This document shows positions 1 through 10,625 of a stretch of 64,000 nucleotides of DNA, one piece after another; within the stretch, counting starts at the first letter, position 1; every line of letters starts with the position of its first letter. The notes under the pieces were generated by a model. That model had not been told where the DNA came from, made no database searches, and saw only the letters and a list, made by a program, of their open reading frames with translations. The stretch lies in contig DATIZK010000064.1 in assembly GCA_035517095.1 (NCBI GenBank), positions 6,119 to 70,118 of the forward strand, written 5' to 3'. The DNA is from Burkholderiales bacterium (GTDB lineage Bacteria; Pseudomonadota; Gammaproteobacteria; Burkholderiales; SG8-39). A program made the position numbers and the translations under genes.

Positions 1-741
1 CATGTACATGCCGCCGTTGATGGCGATATTCGCGCCGGTAATATAACCGGCTTCCTCGGAGGCCAGAAAGGCGATCAGCGCCGCGATCTCCTCCGGGTAC
101 GCCAGACGCCCCATCGGGATGCCGGCCACGATCTTCTCCAGCACGTCCTTGCGGATCGATTTCACCATGTCGGTTTCGACATAGCCCGGGGACACCGAGT
201 TTACCGTCACGCCCTTGCGCACCACCTCCTGCGCCAGCGCCTTGGCAAAGCCGTGCAGGCCCGCCTTCGCCGCGGAGTAGTTGGTCTGGCCGAACTGCCC
301 GCGCTGGCCGTTGACGGAAGACAAGTTCACGATCCTTCCCCAGCCGCGCTCGGTCATGCCGTCGATCACCTGCTTGGTGACGATGAAGGCGCTGTTCAGG
401 TTGGTGCTTATCACCGCCAGCCAATCCGAGAGCGACATCTTCTTGAGCATGTTGTCGCGCACGATGCCCGCGCTGTTGACCAGGATGTCCACCGGACCGG
501 TCTCGGACTCGATCCTGCGCACCATCGCGGCCGCCGAGTCGAAGTCCGACACGTCGCCCTCGGCGGCGAAGACGTTGTCGTAGCCCTCGGCGCGAAGCTG
601 CGCCAGCCATTGGTCCTTCTTTTCGTAGCCCGGAAGGCAGTTCGCCATCACCACGTTGTCGTTCATGCGGGCCAGCCTGCGGCACACCGCCGTGCCGATT
701 CCGCCCATGCCCCCGGTTACCAGTGCCACACGCTTGGTCAT
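1..741 (-). CDS. phaB: Acetoacetyl-CoA reductase (SDR family); last codons cut by window edge
   Basis: Reverse-strand ORF starts at ATG 741..739 and reads MTKRVALVTGGMGGIGTA (Rossmann TGxxxGIG). It is still open at base 1, where it reads ...INGGMYM, a typical SDR C-terminus. It lies directly downstream of the thiolase and PHA synthase genes. Confidence 0.85.
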   Translation of the reverse strand, partial: MTKRVALVTGGMGGIGTAVCRRLARMNDNVVMANCLPGYEKKDQWLAQLRAEGYDNVFAAEGDVSDFDSAAAMVRRIESETGPVDILVNSAGIVRDNMLKKMSLSDWLAVISTNLNSAFIVTKQVIDGMTERGWGRIVNLSSVNGQRGQFGQTNYSAAKAGLHGFAKALAQEVVRKGVTVNSVSPGYVETDMVKSIRKDVLEKIVAGIPMGRLAYPEEIAALIAFLASEEAGYITGANIAINGGMYM

Positions 742-769
742 GCTCGATCTTTCATGTTTACGCAAAACT

Positions 770-1945
770 TCATCGCTCCACCGCCAGCGCCACGCCCATG
801 CCGCCGCCGATGCACAGCGACGCGAGGCCCTTCTTCGCGTCGCGCTTGGCCATTTCGTGCAGCAGGGTCACCAGGATGCGGCAGCCCGAGGCGCCGATCG
901 GGTGGCCGAGCGCGATCGCGCCGCCGTTCACATTGACCTTCGAGCCGTCCCAGCCCATCTGGCGGTTGACCGCGATCGCCTGCGCCGCGAACGCCTCGTT
1001 GATTTCCAGCAGGTCGAGGTCCTGCGGCGTCCAGCCGGCGCGCGAAAGACAGCGCTTGGAGGCCGGCACCGGGCCCATACCCATGTATTTCGGGTCCACC
1101 CCGGCGGAGGAGAACGACTTGATGCGCGCGAGCGGCTTCAAGCCCAGCTCCTTCGCCTTGCGCGCCGAGGCGAGCACCACCGCCGCCGCGCCGTCGTTGA
1201 TGCCCGAGGCGTTGCCGGCGGTGACGCTGCCCGCCTTGTCGAACGCGGGCTTGAGGCCCTTGAGCGATTCCAGGGTGGCGCCGTGGCGCGGGAACTCGTC
1301 GTCGGAGAACACCACCGTGCCCTTGCGCGAGGCGATCTCGAACGGAATGATCTCTTCCTTGAACCGGCCGGCCTTCTGCGCCGCCTCGGTCTTTTGCTGC
1401 GAGGCGAGCGCGAACTCGTCCTGCTGCTCGCGCGTCACCGCGTATTCCTTGGCCACGTTCTCGGCGGTAACCCCCATGTGGTACTGGTTGTAGACGTCCC
1501 ACAGGCCGTCGACGATCATCGAGTCGATCATCTTGGCGTCGCCCATGCGGTAGCCGTCGCGCGAGCCCATCAGCACGTGCGGCGCAAGGCTCATGGACTC
1601 CTGTCCGCCCGCGACCACGATGTCGGCGTCGCCGTTGGCGATCGCCTGCGCTCCGAGCATCGCCGCCTTGAGCCCCGAGCCGCAGACCTTGTTGATCGTC
1701 ATGGCCGGGATCATATCGGGCAGTCCGGCGCCGATCGCCGCCTGGCGCGCCGGGTTCTGGCCCGAGCCCGCGGCCAGGACCTGCCCCATGATCACCTCGG
1801 ACACCTGCTCGGGAGCGATACCCGAGCGCTCGAGCAGCCTGCGGATCACATGCGCGCCAAGCGCGGTGGCCGGGGTCTTGGCGAGCGTTCCGCCGAACTT
1901 GCCGATCGCCGTACGCGCCGCGCCTACGATGAAAATATCTTCCAT
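770..1945 (-). CDS. phaA: Acetyl-CoA acetyltransferase (beta-ketothiolase)
   Basis: 391 aa. N-terminus [19 protein letters not shown], active-site region [11 protein letters not shown]-terminal [14 protein letters not shown]. Sits between phaC and phaB. Confidence 0.95.
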   Translation of the reverse strand: MEDIFIVGAARTAIGKFGGTLAKTPATALGAHVIRRLLERSGIAPEQVSEVIMGQVLAAGSGQNPARQAAIGAGLPDMIPAMTINKVCGSGLKAAMLGAQAIANGDADIVVAGGQESMSLAPHVLMGSRDGYRMGDAKMIDSMIVDGLWDVYNQYHMGVTAENVAKEYAVTREQQDEFALASQQKTEAAQKAGRFKEEIIPFEIASRKGTVVFSDDEFPRHGATLESLKGLKPAFDKAGSVTAGNASGINDGAAAVVLASARKAKELGLKPLARIKSFSSAGVDPKYMGMGPVPASKRCLSRAGWTPQDLDLLEINEAFAAQAIAVNRQMGWDGSKVNVNGGAIALGHPIGASGCRILVTLLHEMAKRDAKKGLASLCIGGGMGVALAVER

Positions 1946-1946
1946 C

Positions 1947-3677
1947 TCAAGCCTCCTTGTTCGCTCGTTGCTTCACGTAGCGGCCGGGCGCCGGCTCGGT
2001 CGCCTTGTACTTGCGGTTGCCCAACCGCGCCGGCGCCTTGCGCTCGCCGCCCTTGTATCGCTCCATCCACTCGGCCCACTGCAGCCACCAGCTCCCCGCG
2101 TGCTCCTCGGCCTGCGCCAGCCAGGCCTCCGGCTCCTCCGGATAGCGGGTCGCGCGCCAGTAGCTGCGCCGGTTCCTGGCCGCCGGGTTGATCACGCCGG
2201 CGACATGGCCGCTCGCGCCCAGCAGGAAGGTCTTCTCGCCCCCCAGCAGGCCGACCGAACGGTAGGCCGAGCGCCACGGCACGATGTGATCCTCGCGCGT
2301 GGCGAGAATGAACGACGGCCGGTCGACCTTGCCCAGGTCGAGCGGCACGCCGCAGTTGGTAAGCGCGCCCGGAACGCGCAGCCGGTTCTCGAGATAGGTG
2401 TTGCGCACGTAGTAGCAGTACATCGGCCCGGGGAGGTTGGTGCTGTCGGCATTCCAGTACAGCAGGTCGAACGCAGCCGGCGTGCCCCCCAACAAGTAGT
2501 TGTTGACCACGTAGGGCCACACCAGGTCGTTCGCGCGCAGGGCGGAGAACATGAACGCCAGGTCCGACCCGGAAAACACCCCGCCGCGCCCGATCAGCGC
2601 CTCGCGCGCCGCGAGGCTCGCTTCGTCGACGAACAACCCGATCTGGCCGGTCTCGCTGAAGTCGAGCATCGTGGCGAGGTACGTGGCGCCCTCGACCAGG
2701 TCTTCGCCCTTGCCCGCCAGCACCGCCAGCGCCGCGCCGAGCAACGTGCCGCCGACGCAGAAACCGAGCGCGTTGACCCGGTCGCTGGCGGCGATCTCGC
2801 GCGCCGCCCGCAGCGCCTGCAGCACGCCCTGCTCGATGTAGTCGTCCCAGCTCAGCGCGCCGAGCTCCGGGCCGACGTTGCGCCACGAGACCATGAACAC
2901 GGTGTGCCCGGCATCCACCGCGTAGCGAACGAACGAGTTCTCGGGCTGCAGGTCGAGGATGTAGAACTTGTTGATGCACGGCGGGATCATCACCAGCGGG
3001 CGCTTGCCCACCTGCGCCGTGGACGGCGCGTACTGCAGCAGCTGGATGAGCGGGTTCTCGTATACCACGCGCCCCGGCGAAGTCGCCAGGTTGCGCCCCA
3101 CCTCGAACGCGGATTCGTCGCTCTGGCTCAGGCGCCCTTTGTGCGAGTCCGCGATCAGGTTCGCCAGCCCGCGCGCGAGGCTCTCGCCCCGCGTCTCGAG
3201 CGCACGCCGCAGCGCCTCGGGATTGGTGGCGACGAAGTTCGCCGGCGACATGGCGTCGATCCACTGCCTGAGCGCAAAGCGCAGCCGCTCCTTGGCTGCG
3301 GCGTCGAGCTGGGCGCCTTCCACCAGTTCGGTGAAATAGCGCGCCGAGAGCAGATAGGACTGCCTCAGATAGTCGTAGAACGGATTCTCGCGCCAAGCCT
3401 TGGCCGCAAAGCGCCGGTCGCCCGGCTCCGGCGCCACTAGCGGCGCGGCCCCGCTGCCGGCGGCGAGCGCCATCCAGAGCTGCGCCTGCTTTTCGGCGTA
3501 CGTCGCCTGCAGCGCGGGCAGGTTCTCCCCGCCCAGATGGCGGGTCCAGTCGGCAGGGGGCGCCCCGGCCGCAGGCGCGACGCCGCCGACCAGACGCATC
3601 CAGCCCTGCGTCATCTCGTTGCCCGCCTGCGCGATCGCCGCCAGGAGCGCCTCGGGAGAACTGGGTTGCACGGCCAT
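1947..3677 (-). CDS. phaC: Class I poly(3-hydroxyalkanoate) synthase
   Basis: 576 aa. Lipase-like box GFCVGG inside [12 protein letters not shown]. The size and the phaC-phaA-phaB order match the classical PHB operon. Confidence 0.95.
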   Translation of the reverse strand: MAVQPSSPEALLAAIAQAGNEMTQGWMRLVGGVAPAAGAPPADWTRHLGGENLPALQATYAEKQAQLWMALAAGSGAAPLVAPEPGDRRFAAKAWRENPFYDYLRQSYLLSARYFTELVEGAQLDAAAKERLRFALRQWIDAMSPANFVATNPEALRRALETRGESLARGLANLIADSHKGRLSQSDESAFEVGRNLATSPGRVVYENPLIQLLQYAPSTAQVGKRPLVMIPPCINKFYILDLQPENSFVRYAVDAGHTVFMVSWRNVGPELGALSWDDYIEQGVLQALRAAREIAASDRVNALGFCVGGTLLGAALAVLAGKGEDLVEGATYLATMLDFSETGQIGLFVDEASLAAREALIGRGGVFSGSDLAFMFSALRANDLVWPYVVNNYLLGGTPAAFDLLYWNADSTNLPGPMYCYYVRNTYLENRLRVPGALTNCGVPLDLGKVDRPSFILATREDHIVPWRSAYRSVGLLGGEKTFLLGASGHVAGVINPAARNRRSYWRATRYPEEPEAWLAQAEEHAGSWWLQWAEWMERYKGGERKAPARLGNRKYKATEPAPGRYVKQRANKEA

Positions 3678-3796
3678 TCAGTTCAGGGCGTCGAAGTATG
3701 GAAATGTCGTTTACCGCTCGGCATCTAGGTCGTCGCCGGAATGTCTTGCCACCGGCTCGGTGGGGGGTCGATTTTGCGCCGCACAACGCGTCGGCG

Positions 3797-4546
3797 TCAA
3801 ATCCCCCTCTCGCTGCCGCCGGCGAGCCAGATCAGGGCCGCCATGCGTCCCGTGGCGCCGTCGCGCCGGTAGGAAAAGAAGCGCTCGGGGTCGGAAAAGG
3901 TGCACAGCCCGCCGCCATATACGCGCGTCACGCCACGTGCCGCGAGGCGCTGGCGCGCGAGCGCGTACAGGTCGAGCAGCCAGTGGCCGCGGCGGGCGGC
4001 GCGAAACGCGGCCTCCGCGGCCGGGTCGCGTGCGAGGAAGGCCGCGCGCACCTCGTCGCCGACTTCGTACGCGCGCGGCCCGATCGCCGGGCCGAGCCAG
4101 GCCGCCACCCCGCCGGGCTCGGCGCGCATCGCGTCCAGCGTCGCTTCGAGCACGCCGGCGCACAGGCCGCGCCAGCCCGCGTGCGCGATTGCCACCACGC
4201 TTGCCGCCTCGTCGGCCAGCAGCACCGGCATGCAGTCGGCCGCGAGCACCGCGCACACCGTACCGGGCCTGCGCGCCACCGCGGCGTCTGCTTCGGGCTG
4301 CGCGCCGGCGCTGCGCGCGGCGTCGGCGTCGGCCACGCGCGTGCCGTGGACCTGGCGCAGCCAGACCGGGGGCGACGGCAGCAGGGCTTCGAGCCGGCGC
4401 CTGTTCTCCCGCACCGCGGCCTCGTCGTCGCCGCTGCGCAGGCCCAGGTTGAGGCTTGCGTAGGCGCCGCCGCTCACCCCGCCCGCGCGCGTGGTCACCA
4501 GCGCGCCCGCCGCCGCGGGCCAGTCGGGGCGCAGCAGCCCGATCAT
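3797..4546 (-). CDS. pgeF: YfiH/PgeF (DUF152) purine-nucleoside phosphorylase / peptidoglycan editing factor family
   Basis: The track ORF is 3797..4786. Conserved sequence begins at the internal Met MIGLLRPDWP...TTRAGGVSGGAYASLNLG. That ATG (4546) forms an ATGA overlap with the rluD stop. Motifs ADCMPVLL and HAGWRG are present. Confidence 0.85.
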   Translation of the reverse strand: MIGLLRPDWPAAAGALVTTRAGGVSGGAYASLNLGLRSGDDEAAVRENRRRLEALLPSPPVWLRQVHGTRVADADAARSAGAQPEADAAVARRPGTVCAVLAADCMPVLLADEAASVVAIAHAGWRGLCAGVLEATLDAMRAEPGGVAAWLGPAIGPRAYEVGDEVRAAFLARDPAAEAAFRAARRGHWLLDLYALARQRLAARGVTRVYGGGLCTFSDPERFFSYRRDGATGRMAALIWLAGGSERGI

Positions 4547-5484
4547 CGCCCGGCGCGCAAGTCGTCGACCAGGCGCTGCATGTCCGGCGGCAGCGGCGCG
4601 CGCCAGCTCGTCGCGCGGCCGCTGCGCGGGTGCAGCAGCGACAGCTCGCAGGCGTGCAGCGCCTGGCGCGCGAACGCCGGCGCCTGGCGCGCGCCGCGGT
4701 GGTAAACCGGGTCGCCGAGCAGCGGGTGGTGAATGTGCTGGAAGTGCACCCGGATCTGGTGCGTACGGCCGGTCTCCAGGCGGCATTCGACCAGCGCCGC
4801 GCGCCCGTAGCGCTCGAGCACGCGGTAGGTGGTGCGCGCCTGCTTGCCGCGCTGCGATACCGCCATCCTGGTGCGTACCCGCGCGTCGCGCCCGACCGGA
4901 GCGTCGATGGTGCCCGAGGCGGGCGGATCGCCGTGCACCAGCGCGAGGTACACGCGGCGCACGCTGCGCTCGGCGAGCTGCTTGGCGAGATTGGCCTGCG
5001 CCGACACGTTCTTCGCCACCACCAAGAGGCCGCTGGTGTCCTTGTCCAGGCGGTGCACGATGCCCGCGCGCGGGACCAGCGCGAGCTCGGGGGCGTGCGC
5101 CAGCAGCGCGTTGAGCAGCGTTCGGTCCGGCACCCCGGCGCCGGGGTGGACCACCAGCCCGGCCGGCTTGTCGAGCACGATCAGGTCGCGGTCCTCGTGC
5201 ACGATCGCGAGCGCCATGCGCTGCGCCAGGGGCGCGGCCCCCGCCGGCGGCTGCGGCGGCGAGAGCGCGAGCCGTTCGCCGCCCGACACGGCCTGCTTCG
5301 CGCTTGCCGCCGTGCCGTCGACCAGGATGTGGCCCGCCTTGAGCCAGGCCTGCAGGCGGTTGCGCGAATACTGCGGGAACAATTGGGCCAGCGCCCGATC
5401 CAATCTCAGCCCTCCCAGCGCCCGCGGAACGGTTGCCTCGAGCGGGCTATAATTTTCCGTTTGCAACGCGGGCCTTTGCTTCAT
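4543..5484 (-). CDS. rluD: 23S rRNA pseudouridine synthase RluD (RluA family)
   Basis: S4 domain RLDRALAQLFP..SRNRLQAWLKAGHILVDG and catalytic HRLDKDTSGLLVVAK. Start chosen at MKQRPALQ (5484); the upstream in-frame ATG at 5550 is an alternative. Confidence 0.88.
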   Translation of the reverse strand: MKQRPALQTENYSPLEATVPRALGGLRLDRALAQLFPQYSRNRLQAWLKAGHILVDGTAASAKQAVSGGERLALSPPQPPAGAAPLAQRMALAIVHEDRDLIVLDKPAGLVVHPGAGVPDRTLLNALLAHAPELALVPRAGIVHRLDKDTSGLLVVAKNVSAQANLAKQLAERSVRRVYLALVHGDPPASGTIDAPVGRDARVRTRMAVSQRGKQARTTYRVLERYGRAALVECRLETGRTHQIRVHFQHIHHPLLGDPVYHRGARQAPAFARQALHACELSLLHPRSGRATSWRAPLPPDMQRLVDDLRAGR

Positions 5485-6292
5485 GCGCTCAAGTTTACTT
5501 GCTCCCCTGGCGGTCGCGGCCGTGCTCCTGCTCGGCGCCTGCGCCGGCACGACCGAGCGCGACGAAACCGCGAACTGGTCGGCGCAGCGCCTCTACGGCG
5601 AAGCGAGGGACTCGATGGCCTCCAAGGACTGGGGCCAGGCGGTGAAGTACTTCGAAAAGCTCGAGGCGCGCTACCCCTACGGCCGCTACGCCCAGCAGGC
5701 GCAGCTCGAGATCGCCTACTCGTACTGGAAGGACAGCGAGCGCGCGTCGGCGATCGCGGCGGCCGACCGCTTCATCAAGCTCTACCCGAACCATCCGAAC
5801 GTCGACTACGCCTACTACCTCAAAGGCCTGATCAACTTCAACGAGAACACCGGGCTGCTGTCCAGCCTGTCGGATCCCGACATGTCGGAGCGCGACCCGA
5901 AGGCCACGCGCGAGGCCTTCAACACCTTCAAGGAGCTGGCAACCCGCTTCCCGGATTCGAAATACACGCCGGACGCGGTCGCGCGCATGCGCTACCTCGT
6001 CAACTCGCTCGCCTTGCACGAGGTGCACGTCGCGCGCTGGTACATGAGGCGCGGCGCGTACGTCGCGGCGGCGAACCGGGCGCAATACGCGGTGGAGCAA
6101 TACCCGCGCGCGCCGGCGACCGAGGAGGCGATCTTCATCATGGTCAAGGCCTACGATGCGCTCGGCCTGGACGACCTGCGCGACGGCGCGGCGCGCGTGA
6201 TGCGGGAAAACTTCCCCCACAGCTCGTTCCTCAAGCCCGGGGGCGTGGAGCACTCAGCACCCTGGTGGAAGCTCTGGGACCCGAATTGGTAG
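5483..6292 (+). CDS. bamD: Outer membrane protein assembly factor BamD (YfiO)
   Basis: Lipoprotein signal MRSSLLAPLAVAAVLLLGAC, TPR-like YFEKLEARYPYGRYAQQAQLEIAYSYWK, divergent from rluD as in E. coli. Confidence 0.9.
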   Translation: MRSSLLAPLAVAAVLLLGACAGTTERDETANWSAQRLYGEARDSMASKDWGQAVKYFEKLEARYPYGRYAQQAQLEIAYSYWKDSERASAIAAADRFIKLYPNHPNVDYAYYLKGLINFNENTGLLSSLSDPDMSERDPKATREAFNTFKELATRFPDSKYTPDAVARMRYLVNSLALHEVHVARWYMRRGAYVAAANRAQYAVEQYPRAPATEEAIFIMVKAYDALGLDDLRDGAARVMRENFPHSSFLKPGGVEHSAPWWKLWDPNW

Positions 6293-6298
6293 AACCGG

Positions 6299-7282
6299 CT
6301 AAGCGGGCCTGATTGCCTCGTCGGCGATGTAGTCGCGGATCACGGTTTCAACGTCCGGGTCGGCGCGAAATCCCAGCGCCAGCGCGCGCGGCGTCTCGAA
6401 GCGCGCCGGCCAGGTCCGCACGATGGCCTGGGTGCGCGGATCCGGTTTCCACACCACCCGCCTGACGACCGCCGCGCCGGCGACGCGCCCCATGGCCTCG
6501 ATCATCTCGGCCACGCTCGCGGTGATTCCCGGCAGGTTCAGCGCGCGCCGCGTGCCCCACGCCGCCGCGGGCAGCTCGTGCGCGTGCACGAAAGCCTCGA
6601 TCACGCGCCGCGGGGACAGCAGCCAGACGCCGGTTTCGGCGCCGACCGGGCATTCCGAGACGACGCCGTTCAGCGGCTCGCGCAGGATCCCGCTCGCGAA
6701 CGACGACGCGGCCGCATTCGGCTTGCCCGGGCGCACGACGATGGTCGGCAGGCGCAGCGAGCGCCCGTCGAGGAAGCCCTTGCGCGAATAGTCGGAGATC
6801 AGGTATTCGCTCACCACCTTCTGCGTGCCGTAGGAGGTCTGCGGCAGCGGCGTGGTCGTGTCGTCCAGCACCGGCGGCAGCTCGCCGCCGAACGCCGCCA
6901 CCGAGCTCGCGAACACCAGCCGCGGCGGCCGCGCGCATTGCCGCAGCCGCTCCAGCAGCAGGCGCGTGCCCTCGAGGTTGACCCGCATGCCGAGGTCGAA
7001 GTCCGCTTCCGCGCCGCCGCTGACGACCGCCGCCAGGTGGAACACCGATGTGGTGTCCGGCGCGACCACCCGCTCGAGCACGGCGCGCTCGGCGATGTCC
7101 CCGCCGACCTGCTCCAGTCGCGGGTCGCTCGGCATCGGCGTCGGGAACGCGCTGTCCAGCAGCACGACGCGCGAGATCTCGCGCTCGGCGCCGTCGGGCG
7201 CGGTCAGCCTGCCGCGCGCGAGCAGCGCGCGCGCCAGGCGCGAGCCGAGAAACCCTCCGCCTCCGGTGATGACGACTCTCAT
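6299..7282 (-). CDS. NAD-dependent epimerase/dehydratase family oxidoreductase (extended SDR, DenD-like)
   Basis: N-terminal Rossmann ITGGGGFLGSRLA, catalytic YGTQKVVSE (YxxxK), 327 aa. The specific substrate cannot be told from sequence alone. Confidence 0.75.
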   Translation of the reverse strand: MRVVITGGGGFLGSRLARALLARGRLTAPDGAEREISRVVLLDSAFPTPMPSDPRLEQVGGDIAERAVLERVVAPDTTSVFHLAAVVSGGAEADFDLGMRVNLEGTRLLLERLRQCARPPRLVFASSVAAFGGELPPVLDDTTTPLPQTSYGTQKVVSEYLISDYSRKGFLDGRSLRLPTIVVRPGKPNAAASSFASGILREPLNGVVSECPVGAETGVWLLSPRRVIEAFVHAHELPAAAWGTRRALNLPGITASVAEMIEAMGRVAGAAVVRRVVWKPDPRTQAIVRTWPARFETPRALALGFRADPDVETVIRDYIADEAIRPA

Positions 7283-9237
7283 GCGTCGATTCTATCGAAG
7301 AATGCCTCGACCTCGGCCAGCTCGCGCGTGTGGGCCATCGGCGGCAGGCTGGCGCGCACCAGCCGGCCGTAGGGACGCGAGTACAGGCGCGGGTCGCACA
7401 GCATCAGCACGCCGCGGTCGGCCTCGTCGCGGATCAGCCGTCCGGCGCCCTGTTTCAGCTGCAGGATCGCCTGCGGCAGCTGCAGCGTGGTGAAGGGATT
7501 GCCGCCCTGCGCGCGCAGGACCTCGATGCGCGCCGACAGCACCGGGTCGTCCGGCGGCGCGAACGGCAGCTTGTCGATCACCACCAGCGAGAGCGCCTCG
7601 CCGCGCACGTCCACCCCTTCCCAGAACGACTGGCTGCCCAGCAGCACCGCGTTGCCGAGCACGCGAAAGCGCGCCAGCAGCTCGCTGCGCGAGCCGGTGC
7701 CCTGCACCAGGAGCGGATACGGGGCCGCGTCGCGCTCGAAGCGCGCCGCGAGCAGCTCGTGCGCGCGGCGCAGGGCGCGCAGGGTGGTGAAGAGCAGGAA
7801 CGCCCGGCCGCCGCTCGCGCGCAGCGCGGGATAGGCGGCATCGACCACCGCGGCGGTGAAGGCCGGGTCGTTCGGGTCCGCGGGCAGGCCCCTGGGCACG
7901 TAGAGCAGGGCCTGGCGGGCGAAGTCGAACGGGCTCTCCCAGCGCCGCGCGCGCGCCCGCTCGATGCCGAGCTCGCGCGTGAACAGGCCGAAGTCCTCGC
8001 CCACCGCGAGGGTGGCCGAAGTGAAGATCCAGGCCCGCGGGTGATCGGCCATCTGGCGCCGGAACAGCTCGGCCGAGGACAGGGGGGTGAGATGCAGCTG
8101 CGCCGACTGGCCGAAGGTCTCGACCCAGCGCACCTCGTGCGCCGCCTCGTCGGCGTGCATCCGCGCCAGCGTGGCGCGTGCCTCGGCCGCGCGGCGCGCA
8201 CAGGATTCGAGCCCCTCGGAGCGCTCGGCCTGCTCGGCGAGCGGCGCGGCGAGCGCGCCGAGCGCGCCGTCCAGCGCCGCCAGCGCGGCGCCGAAGCCGG
8301 GCAGGCGCGACGCCTGGCCCCAGCCGAGCCGGCTGCCTTCGGCGCCGAGCGCGAGGCGCAAGTCGCGCGCCGCTTTTTCGAGCGCCCCGGCGAGCCGGTC
8401 CAGCTCGGGCGACGCGCCGCCCGCGGCGCGCAGCTCCAGGCGCGCGTCGCGCGCCAGCTCGACCAGCTGCGCGGTCGAAACCGTCGCGCCGAAGAACAGC
8501 CGCGCGGTCTCGGGCAGCTGGTGCGCCTCGTCGAACACCACGGTGTTGCAGGCCGGCAGCAGCTCGGCGACGCCCTCGTCGCGCAGCACCACGTCGGCGA
8601 AGAACAGATGATGGTTTACCACCACCACGTCGGCCGCGAGCGCGTTGCGGCGCGCGCGCATCACGAAGCAGTCCTTGTAGTCCGGGCATTCCTGCCCGAG
8701 GCAGTTCTCGCGCGTCGAGGTGGCGTGCGCCCAGACCGGCGCGTCCTCGGGAACGTCGGCCAGGTCGGCGCGGTCGCCGCTCGCGCTCGCCGCGGCAAAG
8801 CGCTCGATGCGGCGCAGCTGCGCCGCTTCCTCGCGCGAGCCGAGCCGCGCCTCGCGCGCGGCGCGCTTGAGGCGGTACAGGCAGACGTAGTTCGCGCGCC
8901 CTTTCAGCAGCGCGGCGCTGGCGCCCGAAGCGAGCGCCTCGCGCACCGCGGGCAGGTCGCGGTCGAACAGCTGGTCCTGCAGCGTCTTGGTGCCGGTCGA
9001 GACGATCACCTTGCCGCCGGCGATCAGCGCCGGCACGAGGTAGGCGAAGGTCTTGCCGGTCCCGGTACCGGCCTCGACCACCAGCACGTCGTTGCGCTCG
9101 ACGGCGTCCAGAATCGCATGCGCCATCTCGAGCTGCTGCGGCCGGTGACGGAATCCGGGCACGCGCTGCGCGAGCGCGCCGCCCGCGGCGAAGGCGCGCT
9201 CGAGCGCCGCCGCCTCGCGTGTCGCGCTGCGGCTCAT
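7279..9237 (-). CDS. yoaA: ATP-dependent DNA helicase, DinG/YoaA family (XPD-like, Fe-S)
   Basis: Walker A VVEAGTGTGKTFAY, DEAH box VVFDEAHQL, Cys-rich ENCLGQECPDYKDCF. The N-terminus PGFRHRPQQLEMA..VEAGTGTGKT resembles YoaA. ATGA-type overlap with the downstream epimerase gene. Confidence 0.85.
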   Translation of the reverse strand: MSRSATREAAALERAFAAGGALAQRVPGFRHRPQQLEMAHAILDAVERNDVLVVEAGTGTGKTFAYLVPALIAGGKVIVSTGTKTLQDQLFDRDLPAVREALASGASAALLKGRANYVCLYRLKRAAREARLGSREEAAQLRRIERFAAASASGDRADLADVPEDAPVWAHATSTRENCLGQECPDYKDCFVMRARRNALAADVVVVNHHLFFADVVLRDEGVAELLPACNTVVFDEAHQLPETARLFFGATVSTAQLVELARDARLELRAAGGASPELDRLAGALEKAARDLRLALGAEGSRLGWGQASRLPGFGAALAALDGALGALAAPLAEQAERSEGLESCARRAAEARATLARMHADEAAHEVRWVETFGQSAQLHLTPLSSAELFRRQMADHPRAWIFTSATLAVGEDFGLFTRELGIERARARRWESPFDFARQALLYVPRGLPADPNDPAFTAAVVDAAYPALRASGGRAFLLFTTLRALRRAHELLAARFERDAAPYPLLVQGTGSRSELLARFRVLGNAVLLGSQSFWEGVDVRGEALSLVVIDKLPFAPPDDPVLSARIEVLRAQGGNPFTTLQLPQAILQLKQGAGRLIRDEADRGVLMLCDPRLYSRPYGRLVRASLPPMAHTRELAEVEAFFDRIDA

Positions 9238-9368
9238 GACAACGGGCGCATCGGCGCTCCTGCTGAAATGGCTTGCATGATCCCTCTCGAAGCAACGCGC
9301 GCGCGCGGCGCGCGGCTGACACGGCGCGGCTTTACTTTGTCTGCCGTATTCACTACATTACTTTAATT

Positions 9369-9881
9369 ATGGTGCGCAATTCCCTGTATTTGGCCGTGAT
9401 TTTGGCCGGACTGGCAGGTTGCGCCGGACCCCAGCGGGCACCCGATACGATGCCGCCGGATCGGCTCGCGCCCGCCAGCGCCGAGCGCTCCGAGGCGCTT
9501 CTGCAGGCGGTGCTCGCGCTCGGCACCGGCTACCGCTACGGCGGCGACTCGCCCGCCACCGGATACGATTGCAGCGGGCTGGTGGCGCATGTGTTCGAGC
9601 AGGCCTGGGGGCTCGAGCTGCCGCACAACGCGCGGGCGCAAAGCGAGCTCGGGACGCCCGTCAGTCTAGCGCAGCTGCAGCCCGGCGATCTGGTGTTCTA
9701 CAACACGCAGCACCGCGCCTTCTCGCACGTCGGCATCTACCTCGGCAATGGCCGCTTCGTGCACGCCCCCAAGACCGGCGCGCGGGTGCGCGTCGAGCGC
9801 CTGAGCAAGGCGTACTGGATGCGCCGCTTCGACGGCGCGCGCCGCCTGAGCCCGCCTACGATTCCGGATCGCGCAGGCTGA
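9369..9881 (+). CDS. NlpC/P60 family cell-wall hydrolase lipoprotein
   Basis: Internal start MVRNSLYLAVILAGLAGC (lipobox), catalytic Cys motif GYDCSGLVAHVF, His motif SHVGIYLGNGRFVHAP. The track ORF begins further upstream at 9273. Confidence 0.8.
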   Translation: MVRNSLYLAVILAGLAGCAGPQRAPDTMPPDRLAPASAERSEALLQAVLALGTGYRYGGDSPATGYDCSGLVAHVFEQAWGLELPHNARAQSELGTPVSLAQLQPGDLVFYNTQHRAFSHVGIYLGNGRFVHAPKTGARVRVERLSKAYWMRRFDGARRLSPPTIPDRAG

Positions 9882-10602
9882 AGAGCACCGGGATATCGAC
9901 GCTGAAGGCCCGCCCGCGCAATCCCTCCGGGATGGCCGTTTGCGGCTGCGCGCTGCGCACCATGTCGAGCGCCTGCCGGTCCAGGATCGCGTATCCCGAC
10001 CCGTGCGCGACGCCGAGCGATGCGATCGCGCCGTCGGCCCCGATCGCCATGCGCACCCCGACCCTGCCCTCCCAGCCGTTGTCGCGCGCAAAGCGCGGGT
10101 AGCGCTTGTAGCGCGCCGCCTCGGCCATCAGCGCCGCGCGGTACTGCGCCGCCAGGCGCGCCGCGTCGGGCCGCGGCGCGGCGCGCACGGCAGGCGCGGC
10201 GGGCGCAGGTGTGGGCGGGGGCGCAGGCGCAGCGAGCACGGGGGTTTGCGTTTGCGAAGGAAGAGCGGCGACGGGCGCGGGTGCTGGCGCAGGTGCGAAT
10301 GCACGTTCCAGAACTGGCCGTCGCTTGTTCGGCCCGGTCCGCGGTCGCGCATTCGGCCGCGGCGCGGGTTGTTGCTCGATCCGCGCCGGCGCCGGGGGAC
10401 TGGGCGCTTCGACCGGCCGCGCCGGCATCAGCTGCGCCTCGAGCGGCGGCTGCGCCGGAGCCGGCCGCAGCGCCTGCGAGGGCAGCGCGGGAAGCCAAAA
10501 CAGCGCCAGCGCGTGCAGCGCGAGCGAGGCGGCAATCGCATACTCGAGCGCGCGACGGGCCCCGTCCTGCCAAACCGTCCCGCGCACCGAACCCGCCGCC
10601 AT
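9856..10602 (-). CDS. TonB-family energy transducer (C-terminal domain protein)
   Basis: N-terminal TM segment, long Pro/Ala-rich linker, C-terminal YPRFARDNGWEGRVGVRMAIGADG...ILDRQALDMV typical of the TonB C-terminal domain. No exbBD is adjacent. Confidence 0.75.
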   Translation of the reverse strand: MAAGSVRGTVWQDGARRALEYAIAASLALHALALFWLPALPSQALRPAPAQPPLEAQLMPARPVEAPSPPAPARIEQQPAPRPNARPRTGPNKRRPVLERAFAPAPAPAPVAALPSQTQTPVLAAPAPPPTPAPAAPAVRAAPRPDAARLAAQYRAALMAEAARYKRYPRFARDNGWEGRVGVRMAIGADGAIASLGVAHGSGYAILDRQALDMVRSAQPQTAIPEGLRGRAFSVDIPVLFSLRDPES

Positions 10603-10625
10603 GCGACCTCACCCCGTTCGATCGG

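Noticed and set aside
7292-9366. Two roughly 676-aa alternative-frame ORFs overlapping the yoaA helicase gene
   Set aside because: Only the 7279..9237 frame carries Walker A, the DEAH box and the Fe-S Cys cluster. The others are shadow frames.
9238-9368. Possible LexA/SOS box upstream of the DinG-family helicase
   Set aside because: The nearest candidate (CTGCCGTATTCACTACA region) does not fit CTGT-N8-ACAG, and the arms are not complementary.
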